A stretch of 64,000 nucleotides of DNA from Tetramitus jugosus (lineage: Eukaryota; Protista; Heterolobosea): positions 372,001 to 436,000 of the forward strand of contig OW569378.1 in the NCBI GenBank assembly GCA_937625935.1, written 5' to 3'. Below the pieces are notes generated by a model. It made no database searches. It was not told where the DNA came from and saw only the letters and a list, made by a program, of their open reading frames with translations. Positions 62,886-64,000 of this stretch are shown here, one piece after another (positions within the stretch are counted from its first letter, which is position 1; each line of letters begins with the position of its first letter). The position numbers and the translations under genes are program-made.

Positions 62886-64000
62886 ATGATGATAATGAAC
62901 CCACATCAACAACAACAACAACAATCAGAAGTGAACCTAACCACTTCACACACCAAACGTGTCACTCACAAAAACATTTTGGATCAAGTCGAAGATTGTC
63001 TCGCCAATTTTGATCGATCCGAACAACCCATTACACACCAGAATTGGAACGATGTGCTGCGAAATTATCGAGTCGCTCTCACACAGTTAAACATCTTGTA
63101 CGATTATGCTTCACCAAGAGATGATGACAATTTACCGAGAGCCATCTTCCCAGAGCACATTCCTGATCAATTTAGAGAAAATGTGGATGCTCTACCAAGA
63201 TTACTCAGTGTGTTTACATTGGATTTGACAAGTAATACGGAGATGGGTGCTGGTGGTACTGGTGGTGGTAGTGGTGAAGATGCACACACGACGACAATGA
63301 CAAATGGAGGAGGTGGTAGTGTAACGAATGATGTGATGCAATTGAGAAATGCAAAGGAATCGGTGGAGCAACACAATCAACGAATTAAACAATTGTTGGA
63401 GCTGTATCGGAAAGAGTTGATTGTGCAGGGTAAGGGTGCAAGTGATGTTGCTGGTGATAGGGAAGATGTAGAGTCGTCCACTCCCACGTCAACGACAAGC
63501 AGTAGTGGCAAAAAAACAAAAACCAAGAGAAAGCAGAGCAAGAAGGATAAGAAGAGGAAGGGTGAGTCAGTGTCTTCTCAGTTGGTGATTCGATCGAGAG
63601 AAAGTGTGGCTCATGATTCAAAAATTTCCAAACCAACAGGCAAACATGCTCAATTGCTTGCTCTATGGGATGGAAAGGGAGTCAAGGCTGTTGTTTCCAA
63701 GAGAGCTTCTGCTGCCAAGTCGGCTAAACAAGCGACTGAAGAAGCATCTACAACGGTCGATCCCAACTCGCGTGCATACTTTGTTGAGCACTTCCAAAAG
63801 AGCCAAAAGGCTGCTCCTGCTGCCTCCGAGGCTGGCTTACCTTCAATTCCTCCAACGAACGCTGCCCCTGCTTCAAATGCTGGTGTGAGCACTGCACATG
63901 GAGTGAAGAGTGAAGAGACTGCCAAGATACCTCCAACGTCTGGTGCAATCGATCAAAAGGTACAACAGCGACTCAGAGTCAAGAAACAGGATGGTACTCC
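62886..64000 (+). CDS. MED8: Mediator subunit 8-like protein, 3'-partial (absent from the ORF track, apparently because no stop falls in the window)
   Basis: Frame from ATG 62886 translated by hand: WNDVLRNYRVALTQLNIL..AIFP..LPRLLS..VEQHNQRI..LLALWDGKG, resembling Med8 motifs. Confidence 0.55.
   Translation, partial: MMIMNPHQQQQQQSEVNLTTSHTKRVTHKNILDQVEDCLANFDRSEQPITHQNWNDVLRNYRVALTQLNILYDYASPRDDDNLPRAIFPEHIPDQFRENVDALPRLLSVFTLDLTSNTEMGAGGTGGGSGEDAHTTTMTNGGGGSVTNDVMQLRNAKESVEQHNQRIKQLLELYRKELIVQGKGASDVAGDREDVESSTPTSTTSSSGKKTKTKRKQSKKDKKRKGESVSSQLVIRSRESVAHDSKISKPTGKHAQLLALWDGKGVKAVVSKRASAAKSAKQATEEASTTVDPNSRAYFVEHFQKSQKAAPAASEAGLPSIPPTNAAPASNAGVSTAHGVKSEETAKIPPTSGAIDQKVQQRLRVKKQDGT

Overview
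Gene-dense eukaryotic (protist) genomic window using the standard code. It has about 31 protein genes, short intergenic spacers, sparse GT-AG introns (mostly GTATGT/GTAAGT donors, about 70-300 nt) and many Q/N/T/S homopolymer tracts. The gene mix (divergent G-alpha proteins, Zn2Cys6-PAS factor, villidin) suggests a free-living amoeboid protist such as a heterolobosean; this is inference only. Recognisable genes include IPI1/TEX10 (partial), ankyrin proteins, G-alpha, a GPI-anchored clan-A glycoside hydrolase, an atypical Rho, BRAT1, an HDAC-family enzyme, an EEP hydrolase, ORC4, a Sec7/BIG-like scaffold, villidin, an ENT transporter and MED8 (partial). The best candidate for an undescribed system is a secreted precursor at 20908-21810: signal peptide, then seven near-identical 28-aa amphipathic cores, each ending in Asn and separated by acidic spacers. 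Other notable items are unusual domain fusions (villidin with two RRMs; an exonuclease split by a MIF4G-like domain plus KH; Kelch-TPR-G-alpha), several G-protein components lacking catalytic residues, and recurrent GCGC-centred promoter/intron motifs. No rRNA, tRNA, CRISPR or transposase was recognised. All homology calls come from motif recognition by eye, not from searches.
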